A DNA stretch of 64,000 nt from assembly GCA_030390025.1 (NCBI GenBank), contig CM059432.1:2232001-2296000 (forward strand). Direction: 5' to 3'. Source of the DNA: Squalus acanthias (lineage: Eukaryota). Below are positions 22,660 through 34,078 of the stretch, in pieces (the first letter of the stretch is position 1; each line of letters begins with the position of its first letter). Below the pieces are notes generated by a model. That model saw nothing but the letters and a program-made list of their open reading frames with translations, searched no databases and was not told where the DNA came from. Made by a program: the position numbers and the translations under genes.

Positions 22660-25600
22660 TAGTAATCTCCGGATTACTCCCGGTGCCATGAGCTAGTGAG
22701 TACAGAAATAAGAGGAGAGAGCAGATGAATGCGTGACTGGAGAGATGGTGCAGGAGGGAGGGCTTCAGATTCCTGGGGCATTGGGACCGGTTCTGGGGCA
22801 GGTGGGACCTGTACAAGCCGGACAGGTTGCACCTCAACAGAGCCGGGACCAATGTCCTCGCGGGGGGTGGGGGTTGGTTGCTAGTGCTGTTGGGGAGGGT
22901 TTAAACTAATTTGGCAGGGGGATGGGCACCAGGGTGTATAGAACGGAGAAACAAGGTGCACAAAGGATTGGGAGAGACAGAGAGCACTAGAGTGAGAAAT
23001 AGTAAGGTATTAGGTGGGGGCAGACTAAGAGAGAATACAAGAAGGTCTAAGACAGGCTTACAGTGTATGTGTGTAAACGCACGAAGCGTGGTAAATAAGG
23101 TTGGTGAGCTGCAGGTGCAAATAACCACACGAGAGCATGATGTGGCGATAACGGAGGCCTTACTCTCGGCGCGGACACAATGGGCCGAAATGGCCTCCTT
23201 CCGTGCTATAACTTTCTATGATTCTATGATTCTACCTGGCTCAAAAAAGGGCATGATTCGGGTATAAGGTGTTCCGGAAAGCATAGAAGCATAGAAGATA
23301 GGAGCAGGAGTAGGCCATTCGGCCCCTCGAGCCTGCTCCGCCATTTAATGAGATCATGGCTGATCATCCAAATTCAGTACCCTGTCCCTGCTTTCTCCCC
23401 ATATCATAGAAACATAGAAAATAGGTACAGGAGTAGACCATTCGGTCCTTCGAGCCTGCACCGCCATTCAATGCGTTCATGGCTGAACATGCTACCTCAG
23501 TACCCCATTCCTGCTTTCTCGCCATACCCCTTGATCCCCTTAGTTGTGAGTGTTATATCTAACTCCCTTTTGAATATATTTAGCGAACTGGCCTCAACAA
23601 CCTTCTGTGGAAGAGAATTCCATAGATTCACCACTCTCTGGGTGAAGAAGTTCCTCCTCAGCTCAGTCCTAAATGGCTTCCCCTTAATCCTTAGACTGTG
23701 ACCCCTGGTTCTAGTGACCCCACTAGTCACTAGTCACTGCCTGCCACTCGGAAAAAGACCGGTTTATTCCAACTCTTTGCTTCCTGTCTGCCAACCAGTT
23801 CTCTATCCAAATCAGTGCCTTACCCCCAATCCCATGTGCTTTATACAGATAGGGAAGGAAAGAAAGGAGTTGGGGTGGCAGTATTGGTTAAGGAGAATGT
23901 TACAGTGCTGGAGAGAGAGTATGTCCTGGAAGGGTCAAGGACAGAATCTGTTTGGTTAGAGTTGAGAAATAATAGAGGTGCCATTACACTACTAGATGTA
24001 TTCTATAGACCACCAACTAGTGGAAAAGATATAGAGAAGCATATTTGCAGGGAAATTACAGAGAGGTGCAAGAACTATAGAGTAGTGATAACACAGAAAA
24101 CGCTGGAAAAACTCAGCAGGCCAGGCAGCATCCGTGGAGAGAGAAACAGAGTTAATGTTTCAGGTCGACCTGAAACGTTAACTCTGTTTCTCTCTCCACG
24201 GATGCTGCCTGGCCTGCTGAGTTTTTCCAGCGTTTTCTGTTGTTATTTCGGATTTCCAGCATCCGCAGTATTTTGCTATCGTATAGGAGTAGTGATAATG
24301 GGGGACTTCAATTATCCTAATATAGACTGGGATAGTAATAGTGTAAAGGGCAGAGAGAGGGGGATGAATTTCTGAAGTGTGTTCAGGAGAACTTTCTTGA
24401 TCAGTATGTTTCCGGCCCAATGAGAAAGGAGGCATTGCTGGATCTGGTTCTGGGAAATGAGGTGGGTCAAGTGGAGCAAGTGTCAGTAAGTGAACATTTA
24501 GGGAACAGTGATCATAGTATCATAAGGTTTAGATTAGCTATGGAAAAGGACAGGGAGCAATCTAGAGTCAAAATACTTAACTGGAGGAGGGACAATTGCA
24601 ATGGGTTGAGAATGCACCTGGCCCGGGTAAATTGGAATCAAAGATTGGCAGGCAAAATTTTAAAGAGGAGCTGGTTTGGGTACAGTTGAGGTACATTCCC
24701 ACGAGGGGGAAAGGTAGGGCAACCAAAGTCAGAGCCCCCTGGATGACAAAAGAGATAAAGGGTAAGATGAAGCAGAAAAAAGTGGGTGTATGACAGATAT
24801 CAGGTTGAGAATACAAGAGAGAACCAGGCTGAATATAGAAAGTTCAGAGGGGAAGTGAAAAAGGAAATAAGAGGGGCAAAGAGAGAGTATGAGAATAGAT
24901 TGTCAGCTAACATAAAAGGGAGTCCAAAAGTCTTCTATAGGCATATAAATAGTAAACAGGTAGTAAGAGGAGGGGTGGGGCCAATTAGGGACCAAAGTGG
25001 AGACCTATGCATGGAGGCAGAGGGCATGACTGAGGTGCTAAATGAGTACTTTGCATCTGTCTTTACCAAGGAAGAAGATGCTGCCAAAGTCAAAGTGAAA
25101 GAGGAGGTAGTGGAGATACTGGATGGGATAAAATTTGATAAAGAGGAGGTGCTAGAAAGGCTGGCTGTACTTAAAGTAGATAAGTCACCAGGACCAGATG
25201 GGATGCATCCTAGGATGACGAGGGAAGTAAAGGTGGAAATTGCAGAGTTAGTGGCCATAATCTTCCAATCCTCCTTACATACGGGGGTGGTGCCAGAGGA
25301 CTGGAGAATTGCAAATGTTACACCTTTGTTCAAAAAAGGGTGTAAAGATAAACCCAGCAACTACAGGCCAGTCAGTTTAACCTCGGTAGTGGGGAAGCTT
25401 TTAGAAACGATAATCCGGGACAAAATTAACAGTCACTTGGACAAGTGTGGATTAATTAAGGAAAGCCAGCACAGATTTGTTAAAGGCAAATCGTGTTTAA
25501 CTAACTTGATCAAGTTTTTTGATGAGGTAAATGAGAGGGTTGATGAGGGCAATGCGGTTGACGTGGTGTACATGGATTTCCAAAAGGCGTTCGACAAAGT

Positions 25601-26762
25601 GCCACATAATAGGCTTGCCAACAAAGTTGAAGCCCATGGAATAAAAGGGACAGTGGCAGCATGGAGACGGAATTGGCTAAGTGACAGGAAACAGAGAGTA
25701 GTGGTGAACGGTTGTTTTTCGGACTGAAGGAAGGAATACAGTGGTGTTCCCCAGGGGTCGGCACTAGGACTACTGCTTTTCTTGATATATATTAATGACT
25801 TGGATGTGGGTGTACAGGGCACAATTTCAAAATTTGCAGATGACACAAAACTTAGAAGTATAGTGAACAGTGAGGAGGATAGTGATAGACTTCAAGAGGA
25901 CATAGACAGGCTGGTGGAATGGGCGGACACGTGGCAGATGAAATTTAACGCAGAAAATTGTGAAGTGATACATTATGGTAGGAAGAATGAGGAGGGGAAA
26001 TATAAACCAAGCGTACAATCCTAAAGGGGGTGCATGAACAGAGAGACCTGGGGGTATATGTGCTCAAATCGTTGAAAGTGGCAGGGCAGGTTGAGAAAGC
26101 AGTTAAAAAAAGCATAGGAGATCCTGGGCTTCATGAATAGAGGCATAGAGTACAAAAGCAAGGAAGTTATGATGAATCTTTATAAAACACTGGTTCAGCC
26201 TCAACTGGAGTATTGTGTCCAATTCTGGGCACCACACTTTAGGAAGGATGTGAAGGCCTCAGAGAGGGTGCAGAAAAGATTTACGAAAATGATTCCAGGG
26301 ATGAGGGACTTCAGTTATGTGGATAGACTGGAGAAGCTGGGGTTGTTCTCCTTAGAGCAGAGAAGATTGAGAGGAGATTTGATAGAGGTGTTCAAAATCA
26401 TGAGGGGTCTAGACAGAGTAGATAGAGAGAAACTGTTCCCATTGGCAGAAGGGTCGAGAACCAGAGGGACACAGATTTAAGGTGATTGGCAAAAGAACCA
26501 AAGGCAACGTAAGAAAAAACTTTTTTACGCAGCGAGTGGTTAGGATCTGGAATGCACTGCCTGAAAGGGTGGTGGAGGCAGACTCAATCATGGATCTCAA
26601 AAGGGAATTGGATAAGTACCTGAAGGAAAAACATTTGCAGGGCTACGGGGAAAGGGCGGGGGGAGTGGGACTAGCTGAAGTGCTCTTACAGAGAGCCGGC
26701 ACGGGCTCAACGGGCCGAATGGCCTCCTACTGTGCTGTAACCATTCTATGATTCTATGATAG
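22660..26762 (+). mobile_element. Near full-length decayed CR1 LINE (ORF1 esterase C-terminus, ORF2 endonuclease and RT, 3' tail)
   Basis: ORF1: VVISGLLPVP...WCRREGFRFLGHW...D.LHLN..G. Endonuclease: NARSV.NK..EL, MGDFNYPNIDW, SDH. RT: KSPGPDG, NYRPVSLTS, DFQKAFDKV, SKFADDTKL. Ends in (ATTCTATG)n. Carries stops, frameshifts and nested inserts at about 23281-23835 and 24092-24298. Confidence 0.93.
24088..24280. mobile_element. Penelope-like hairpin insertion inside the CR1 endonuclease region
   Basis: Palindrome 24088-24246 centred on caggtc|gacctg, plus an unpaired tail. Flanked by tatagagtagtgataa (24076-24091) and tataggagtagtgataa (24282-24298). Confidence 0.65.
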
Positions 26763-27094
26763 GAAACAGAGAGTAGTGGTGAACGGTTGTTATCGGACTG
26801 GAGGAAGGTACGCAGTGGGATTCCCCAGGGTCGGTACTAGGACCACTTTGGTGTACAGGGTACAATTTCTAAATTTGCAGATGACACAAAACCCGGAAGT
26901 ATAGTGAACAGTGAGGAGGATAGTGATGATGACTTCAAGAAGCACAGGCTCGACAGGCCGAATGGCCTCCTTGTGTGCTGTAACCATTCTACGATTCTTT
27001 GAGATGAATCTTTATGCTATTGATATGAATCATAATCAGACATCTACTGCACCTCAATACAAAACAAAAAAGAGTGGATACAGAAAGAAAAATA

Positions 27095-28345
27095 ATGGAC
27101 TTGCATTTTTATAGTGCATTTCACAACCACCGTACGTCCCAATGCGCTTTACAGCCAATTATGTACTTTTTGAAGTGTAGTCCCTGTTGTAATGTAGGAA
27201 ATGTGGCAGCCAAATTGCGCACAGCAAGCTCCCACAAACAGCGATGTGATAATGACCAGATCATCTGTTTTAGTTGATTCAGGGATAAATATTGGCCAGG
27301 ACACCGGGGAGAACTCCCCTCCTCTTGGAATCACAGAATCATAGAATGGTTACAGCACAGAAGGAGGCCATTCGGCCAGTTGAGCCTATGCCGACTCTCT
27401 GCAAGAGTACTTCAGCTAGTCCCACTCCCCCGCCCTTTCCCCGTAGCCCTGAAAATGTTTTCCTTCAGGTACTTATCCAATTCCCTTTTGAAAGCTGTGA
27501 TTGAGTCTGCCTCCACCGCCCTTTCAGGCAGTGCATTCCAGATCATAACCACTCGCTGCGTAAAAGAGTTTTTCCTCATGTGGCCTTTGGTTCTTCCGCC
27601 AATCACCTTAAATCTGTGTCCTCTGGTTCTTGACCCTTCCGCCTATGGGAACAGTTTCTCTGTCCAGACCCCTCATGATTTTGGACACCTCTATCAAATC
27701 TCCTCTCAACCTTCTCTGCTCCAAGGAGAACAACCCCAGCTTCTCCAGTCTCTCCACATAACTGAAGTCCCTCATCCCTGGAACCGTTTTGTAAATCTTT
27801 TCTGCACCCTCTCGAAGGCCTTCACATCCTTCCTAAAGTGCGGTGCCCAGAATTGGACACAATACTGCAGTTGAGGTCAGACCAGTGTTTTATAAAGATT
27901 CATCATAACTTCCTGCTTTATGAAGCCCAGGATCCCGTAAGCTTTTTTAACCACTTTCTTAACCTGCCCTGCCACCTTCAACGATTCGTGCACACATACC
28001 CAATGTCTCTGTTCCTGCATACCCTTTAGAATTTTAGAACTCTTTAGTTTATATTGCCTGTCCTCATTCTTCCTACCAAAATGTATTTATTCGCACTTTT
28101 CTGCATTAAATAGTTCTTTGAAATAGTGCCAGGTGATCTTTTACATCCATCTGAGAGGGCAGACAGAGCCTCGATTTAACGTCTCATCCAAAAGACGGCA
28201 CCTCCGACAGTGCCGCACTCCCTCAGCGCTGCACTGGAGTGTCAGCCTAGATTTTTTGTGCTCAAGTCTCATGGAGTGGGACTTGAACCCACAAACCTTC
28301 TGAACTACAGAGGCGAGGGTGCTACCCACTGAGCCACGGCTGACA
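27095..28345 (-). mobile_element. DeuSINE-like SINE split by a CR1 3' fragment (about 27328-28110)
   Basis: The SINE 3' half (27095-27325) and 5' half (28115-28345) join at cctctt/ctttgaaatagtgcc. Confidence 0.8.
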
Positions 28346-28631
28346 ATGCGTGCAGGGATGCGCCATTAGGCCACACGGATGACAGGTTGGACAACTGAAT
28401 GACAAGGCGGAAGGCCAAATCCATCACTCCGTTTTTAAATGGGCAAGATAGTAAACACTTCCAGCAGAAGTCACAGCCCATGGAATGATGGTAGATATGG
28501 GGAGGGCTGCAAGGCAGAAAATCCAACCACAGTTCAAGGCATAATTGAGTAATGGTAATAAATATCTCTATATATGTTTAAATACACACAGGCTTTGTTT
28601 TGTACACCATATTTACTCTACTATTCCAGGG

Positions 28632-28893
28632 ACAACGACGTTTATACAGCGCCTTTAAACGTCCCAAGACGCGATTATCAAACAAACTCTGACACGGAGC
28701 CACCCAAAGAGATATTAGGGCAGATGACCAAAAGCCTGGACAAAGGGGTAGGTTTTATCGAACATCTTAAAAGGAGAGAGAGAGGCGGAGAGGTTTAGGG
28801 AGGGAATTCCAGAGCTTAGGACCCAGGCAGCTGAAGGCACGGCCGTCAATGGTGGAGCGATGGAAATCGAGGATGCTCAAGAGGCCAGAATTG
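28632..28893 (-). mobile_element. L2-clade LINE 3' fragment
   Basis: Same L2 tail and ORF2 end as the other copies. Confidence 0.7.
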
Positions 28894-29249
28894 AACACAC
28901 GGACTCAGCTTACACCATATTCCAGGGACAGCCATTCACTGGAGAGAATCTTCTCCAGTTAATCACATTTCAACAGGCAGCGCATTTCAACAGCACCTCG
29001 CAAAATCCTGGAACTCCCTCCCAATAAACCAATAAATTAAAAAAATATATGCGAAGTGAGATGAAGAGGGGTGGGAGGAGGCTCGTGTGGAGCATAAACA
29101 TCGGCATAGTTGTTAGTTTCCTATTTAGTGGACATTAGGAAGGATGTCAAGGAAATGGAGAAACCAGACGAGAATTCACTTGGATAATACCAGGAATGAG
29201 AGGTTAAAGGGGAAATTGGGACCCTTTTCATCAGAGGTCAGGAAGAGAT

Positions 29250-29745
29250 TTTTTATTTTATTTGTTCATGGGATGTGGGCGTCGCTGGCAAGGCCAGCAT
29301 TTATTGCCCATCCCTAATTACCCTTGAGAAGGTGGTGGTGAGCCGCCTTCTTGAACCGCTGCAGTCCGTGTGGTGAAGGTGCTCCCACAGTGCTGTTAGG
29401 GAGGAAGTTCCAGGATTTTGACCCAGCGACGATGAAGGAACGGCCGATATATTTCCAAGTCAGGATGGTGTGTGACTTGGAGGGGAACTTGGAGGTGGTG
29501 GTGTTCCCATGCGCCTGCTGCCCTTGTCCTTTAGGTGGTAGAGGTCGCGGGTTTGGGAGGTGCTGCCGAAGAAGCCTTGGCGAGTTGCTGCAGTGCATCT
29601 TGTAGATGATACACACTGCAGCCACGGTACGCCGGTGGTGGAGGGAGTGAATGTTTAAGGTGGTGGATGGGGTGCCAATCAAGCGGGCTGCTTTGTCCTG
29701 GATGGTGTCGAGCTTCTTTAGTGTTGTTGGAGCTGCACTCATGTG
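29250..29745 (-). mobile_element. Poly(A)-tailed CR1-group LINE (family B), 3' fragment
   Basis: Encodes MSAAPTTLKKLDTIQDKAARLIG...FKKAAHHHLLKGN. Confidence 0.8.
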
Positions 29746-29927
29746 GTAAGAGATCTTCAAAATTGTTATACGGTAAATAGGGAAAAACTATTTACACTGG
29801 TCAGTGAGTTGGTAACTAAAGGGCAGAAATTTAAGGTCATCACTAAACGAAATGGAGCAATGGTTAACAGAGGTTTTTAATTTAAGCAGAGGATTGTGAA
29901 CATATAGAATGCCCTATCAAACAGAGT

Positions 29928-30835
29928 GAAAGAAAGACTTGCATTTCTATAGCGCCTTTCACCACCTCGACGTCCCAAAGCGCTTTACAGCCAATGAAGT
30001 ACTTTTTCAAGTGCAGTCACTGTTGTAATGTGGGAAACGCAGCACCCAATTTGCGCACAGCAAGCTCCCACAAACAGCAATGTGATAATGACCAGATAAT
30101 CTGTTTTAATGATGTTGATTGAGGGATAAATATTGGCCCCAGGACACCAGGGATAACTCCCCTGCTCTTCTTCGAAATAGTGGCTGTGGGATCTTTTACG
30201 TCCACCTGAGAGAGCAGACGGGGCTTCGGTTGAACGTCTCATTTGAAAGACGGCACCTCCGACAGTGTGGTGCTCCCTCAGTACTGCCCCTCCGACAGTG
30301 CAGCGCTCCCTCAGTACTGCCCCTCCGACAGTGCAGCGCTCCCTCAGTGCTGCCCCTCCCACAGTGCAGCACTCCCTCAGTACTGCCCCTCCGACAGTGC
30401 GGTGCTCCCTCAGTACTGCCCCTCCCACAGTGCAGCACTCCCTTAGTACTGCCCCTCCGACAGTGCGGAGCTCCCTCAGTACTGCCCCTCCGACAGTGCG
30501 GCGCTCCCTCAGTACTGCCCCTCCGACAGTGCGGCGCTCCCTCAGTACCGCCCCTCCGACAGTGCGGCGCTCCCTCAGTACTGCCCCTCCCAAAGTGCAG
30601 CACTCCCTCAGTACTGCCCCTCCCAAAGTGCGGAGCTCCCTCAGTACTGCCCCTCCGACAGTGCGGAGCTCCCTCAGTACTGCCCCTCCGACAGTGCGGC
30701 GCTCCCTCAGTACTGCTCCTCCGACAGTACGGCGCTCCCTCAGTACTGCCCCTCCGACAGTGCCGCGCTCCCTCAGTACTGCCCCTCCGACAGTGCGGCG
30801 CTCCCTCAGTACTGCGCTGGGAGGATTCAGCCTAG
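29928..30835 (-). mobile_element. DeuSINE-like SINE with an internal 33-bp tandem expansion
   Basis: SINE tail and core at 29928-30255, array at 30256-30815, residual SINE 5' sequence at 30816-30835. Confidence 0.85.
30256..30815 (-). repeat. 33-bp minisatellite, about 17 units
   Basis: Plus-strand unit CCCTCCGACAGTGCGGCGCTCCCTCAGTACTGC; the spurious ORFs over it have an 11-aa period. Confidence 0.95.
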
Positions 30836-31749
30836 GTTACAGCCCAGAAACAGGCCATTCGGCCCAACTGATAAAATGTCACTCTAGCTTTTTATAAACT
30901 GACTAAGCCAGCGTTTTGATGACTGCAACAATCCCACATTGATTCCTTCACTCAACTTTAAGAAAACAAGAGTGGAATATTTGCAGAGATTAAGGAAACG
31001 ACAAATGGTCAAAAACTGGACGGTTCTAATCAAGGGCTCCGTAACTTTCTTTCCCTTTCTGGTGTGGAGCAACTTGCTGTGGATTTCCAGCATTGGGTGC
31101 TTTCGTTCCAGAGTCTAGCAGTTGCGATTTTCCTTTTCCACATTGCGAGGTTGATTGTTTTTGCTGTGGTTTAAATGAAGGGTCAATTTCAAGGCTTCAT
31201 TCACAGCCCTTAATCTTCCTCTGCCTCAGGTTAGAAAGTACGCAACACGAGGTCCTCCAAATACACTTTTTATTATTAATAATAATATACTTGGCTGAAG
31301 CTTTGATTTAAAAGCCGACCAGATCCACTTACTGGGCTGAGACTCCGCTTGATCGCGATAACATCTGGCTTGCTCACCTCCAACAAACACACAAAGTCTC
31401 AATATTTCACATTCAGTACTGCAACTTAGCAATCCACATCATTAACACAAAAATAATCACTTGCACCATGCATCCTACATTACAACAGTGACCGCACTTC
31501 AAAAAGTACTTCATTGGCTGTAAAGCGCTTTGGGACGTCCGGTGGTCGTGAAAGGCGCTATAGAAATGCAAGTCTGTCTTTCTTTCTCTACTCGGATCCA
31601 GCACTAACCAGGACCAGTATTTGTTTAATATTGGCAGAGGTGTAACCGTGAACGACACTATATTGGTCACGTGAACCTGGATTTTAACGCCAATGTTTGA
31701 ATATTATTCCAGGGTGCAAGGCACACCTCTGCTCAAAATTATTGGGTCC

Positions 31750-32150
31750 ACAACAACAACAACTTGTATTTATATAGCAGCTTTAATGTAGTAAAACGTC
31801 CCAAAGCGCTTCACAGGAGCGTAAATCAGACAAAATTCGACACCGAGCCACACCAGGAGAAATTAGGACAGGCGACCAAAAGCTTGATCAAAGAGAGAGG
31901 TTTTAAGGATCAACTTGAGAGAGTTAGAAAGACGGAGAGGTTTAGGGAGGGAATTCCAGAGCTTAGGGCCCAGGCAGCTGAAGGCACGGCCGCCAATGGT
32001 GGAGCGATGGAAATCGGGGGATGCGCAAGAGGGCAGAATTGGAGGAGCGCGGATATCTCGGGGGGTTGTGGGGCTGGAGGAGGTAACAGAGATAGGGAGG
32101 GGGGCGAGGCCACGGAGGGATTTGAAAACAAGGATGAGAATTTTAGAAAT
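31750..32150 (-). mobile_element. L2-clade LINE 3' fragment
   Basis: (CAA)n end and L2 ORF2 C-terminus. Confidence 0.8.
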
Positions 32151-32667
32151 CGATAATAGCTTACGTAAAATTTGTACCTATGCACCAATAGCTCCAACAA
32201 CATCATGCAACACCAGACACAATTTGCCACCAAAAAGTTTAACTGACTTGGCAATTTTACAGTGGATATAGTAGCCCAGTGGTTATAGAACTAGACTAAC
32301 AAACCCAGAGGGCATGAATTTAAAAAGGGATAGATTTCAAAAGCAGAGAAGTTATGTTAATCTTGTGTGGAACCTTGGTTAGACCACACTTGGAGTTCTG
32401 TGCACAGTTCTGATCTCCATAATACATAAAAGGATATAGAGACACTGAGAAGGTGCAAAAAAGACTTACAAGGTTAGGACCAAAACTGAGAGGTTATAAC
32501 TATCAGGAAAGACATCTATACTTTGTGGGTGTTTGCAAATTACAAATCACTGTTTGTTTTTATATAATAAAACTATTGTCACTCATGTTATTTTGGTGGG
32601 GCCTTCTCCTGCACTGATACTTCTCGGATAGAACAACACTTCTTCCAAGGCCAATAAATAAGCCATA

Positions 32668-33102
32668 AAAAAAAGAACTTCCATTTCTATCGCGCCTTTC
32701 ACCACCTCAGGACGTCTCAAAGCGCTTTACAGCCAATGAAGTACTTTTTGAAGTGTGGTCACTGTTGTAATGTGGGAAACGCAGCAGCCAATTTGTGCAT
32801 AGCAAGCTCCCACAAACAGCAATGTGATAATGACCAGATAATCTGTTTTAGTGATGTTGGTTGAGGGATAAATATTGGCCCAGGACACTGGGGAGAACTC
32901 CCCTGCTCTTCTTCGAAATAGTGCCATAGGATCTTTTACGTCTACCTGAGAGAGCAGACGGGGCCTCGGTTTAACGTCTCATCCGAAAGTCGGCACCTCC
33001 GACAGTGCGGCACTCCCTCAGCACTGCACTGGGAGTGTCAGCCTAGATTTCTGTTCTCGGGACTACTGGAGTGGGACTTGAACCCACAACCTTCTGACTC
33101 AA
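32668..33102 (-). mobile_element. DeuSINE-like SINE
   Basis: Tail, core and B box present. Confidence 0.8.
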
Positions 33103-33854
33103 ATAAGCGTTAATGTTAACAGGTCCTGTTGTAAAGTCAGCTTTTAACAAGTGACTGCATAATGGTTTTATCACCGCTTACTTGATGAGAATGGTCAAGT
33201 TCATTTCACGGTACTTTACTGCAGAATATTTAGGATTTTATGCTGCACAAAGTGGGAGCATAATTGAGATAATTTAAAAATAAAATATCAGTGCAGGCAT
33301 TACCTTCAGGCTGGGGCTCTTTACTCTAGAAAAGAGAAGACCGAGAGGTTACCTGATAGACGACTCTAAGATTATGAAAGGGTTTGATGGAGTAAACATA
33401 GAGTGTGCTGAGAATGCTACCACAAGGAGTAGTTGAGGCAAATAGCATTTAAGGGGAAGCTAGATAAACACAAGGGGGAAAGGAATAGAAGGACATGCTG
33501 CTAGGGTGAGATGAAGTGGGGTGGGAGGAGGCTGGTGTGGATGGAGCGGCATGGACCAGTTGGGCCGAATGGCCTGTTTCCGTGCTGTAAATTCGATGTA
33601 ATTCCACATGTGTGGGCGAGGAAGGAGCCAGGATTGATCCTAGGTCTGTGCTGAGTTAGCTGAAAGAGGCACTCAGTCCTCACGACAATAGTCCTCAGCT
33701 CCACTGGACAAGAGGAGTGGAGAGGGGCAGGTGGGAAGTGGGGGAGCAATCAGCCAAGGTTACCACTCCTGATCATCAGGGCATCACTATCGTCTAACAA
33801 AATACAATGTCAAGCGTCACGCCTACAGGCGGGTCACCTGGGCCAGCGCTTTTA

Positions 33855-34078
33855 TTTTTAATATTCATTCACGGAATGTGGGCATCGCTGGCAAGGCCGG
33901 CATTTATTGCCCGTCCCTAATTGCCCCTTGAGAAGGTGGTGGTGAGCCGCCTTCTTGAACCGCTGCAGTCCGTCTGGTGAAGGTACTCCCACAGTGCTGT
34001 TAGGGAGGGAGTTCCAGAATTCTGACCCAGCGACGATGAAGGAATGACCGATATATTTCCAAGTCAGGCTGGTGCGTG
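33855..34078 (-). mobile_element. Family B LINE 3' fragment abutting the large minisatellite
   Basis: Encodes SFIVAGSEFWNSLPNS...FKKAAHHHLLKG. Confidence 0.75.

Noticed and set aside
24786..25727. 313-aa reverse transcriptase ORF as a functional or domesticated gene
   Set aside because: It is part of a CR1 ORF2 broken by stops, frameshifts and nested insertions.
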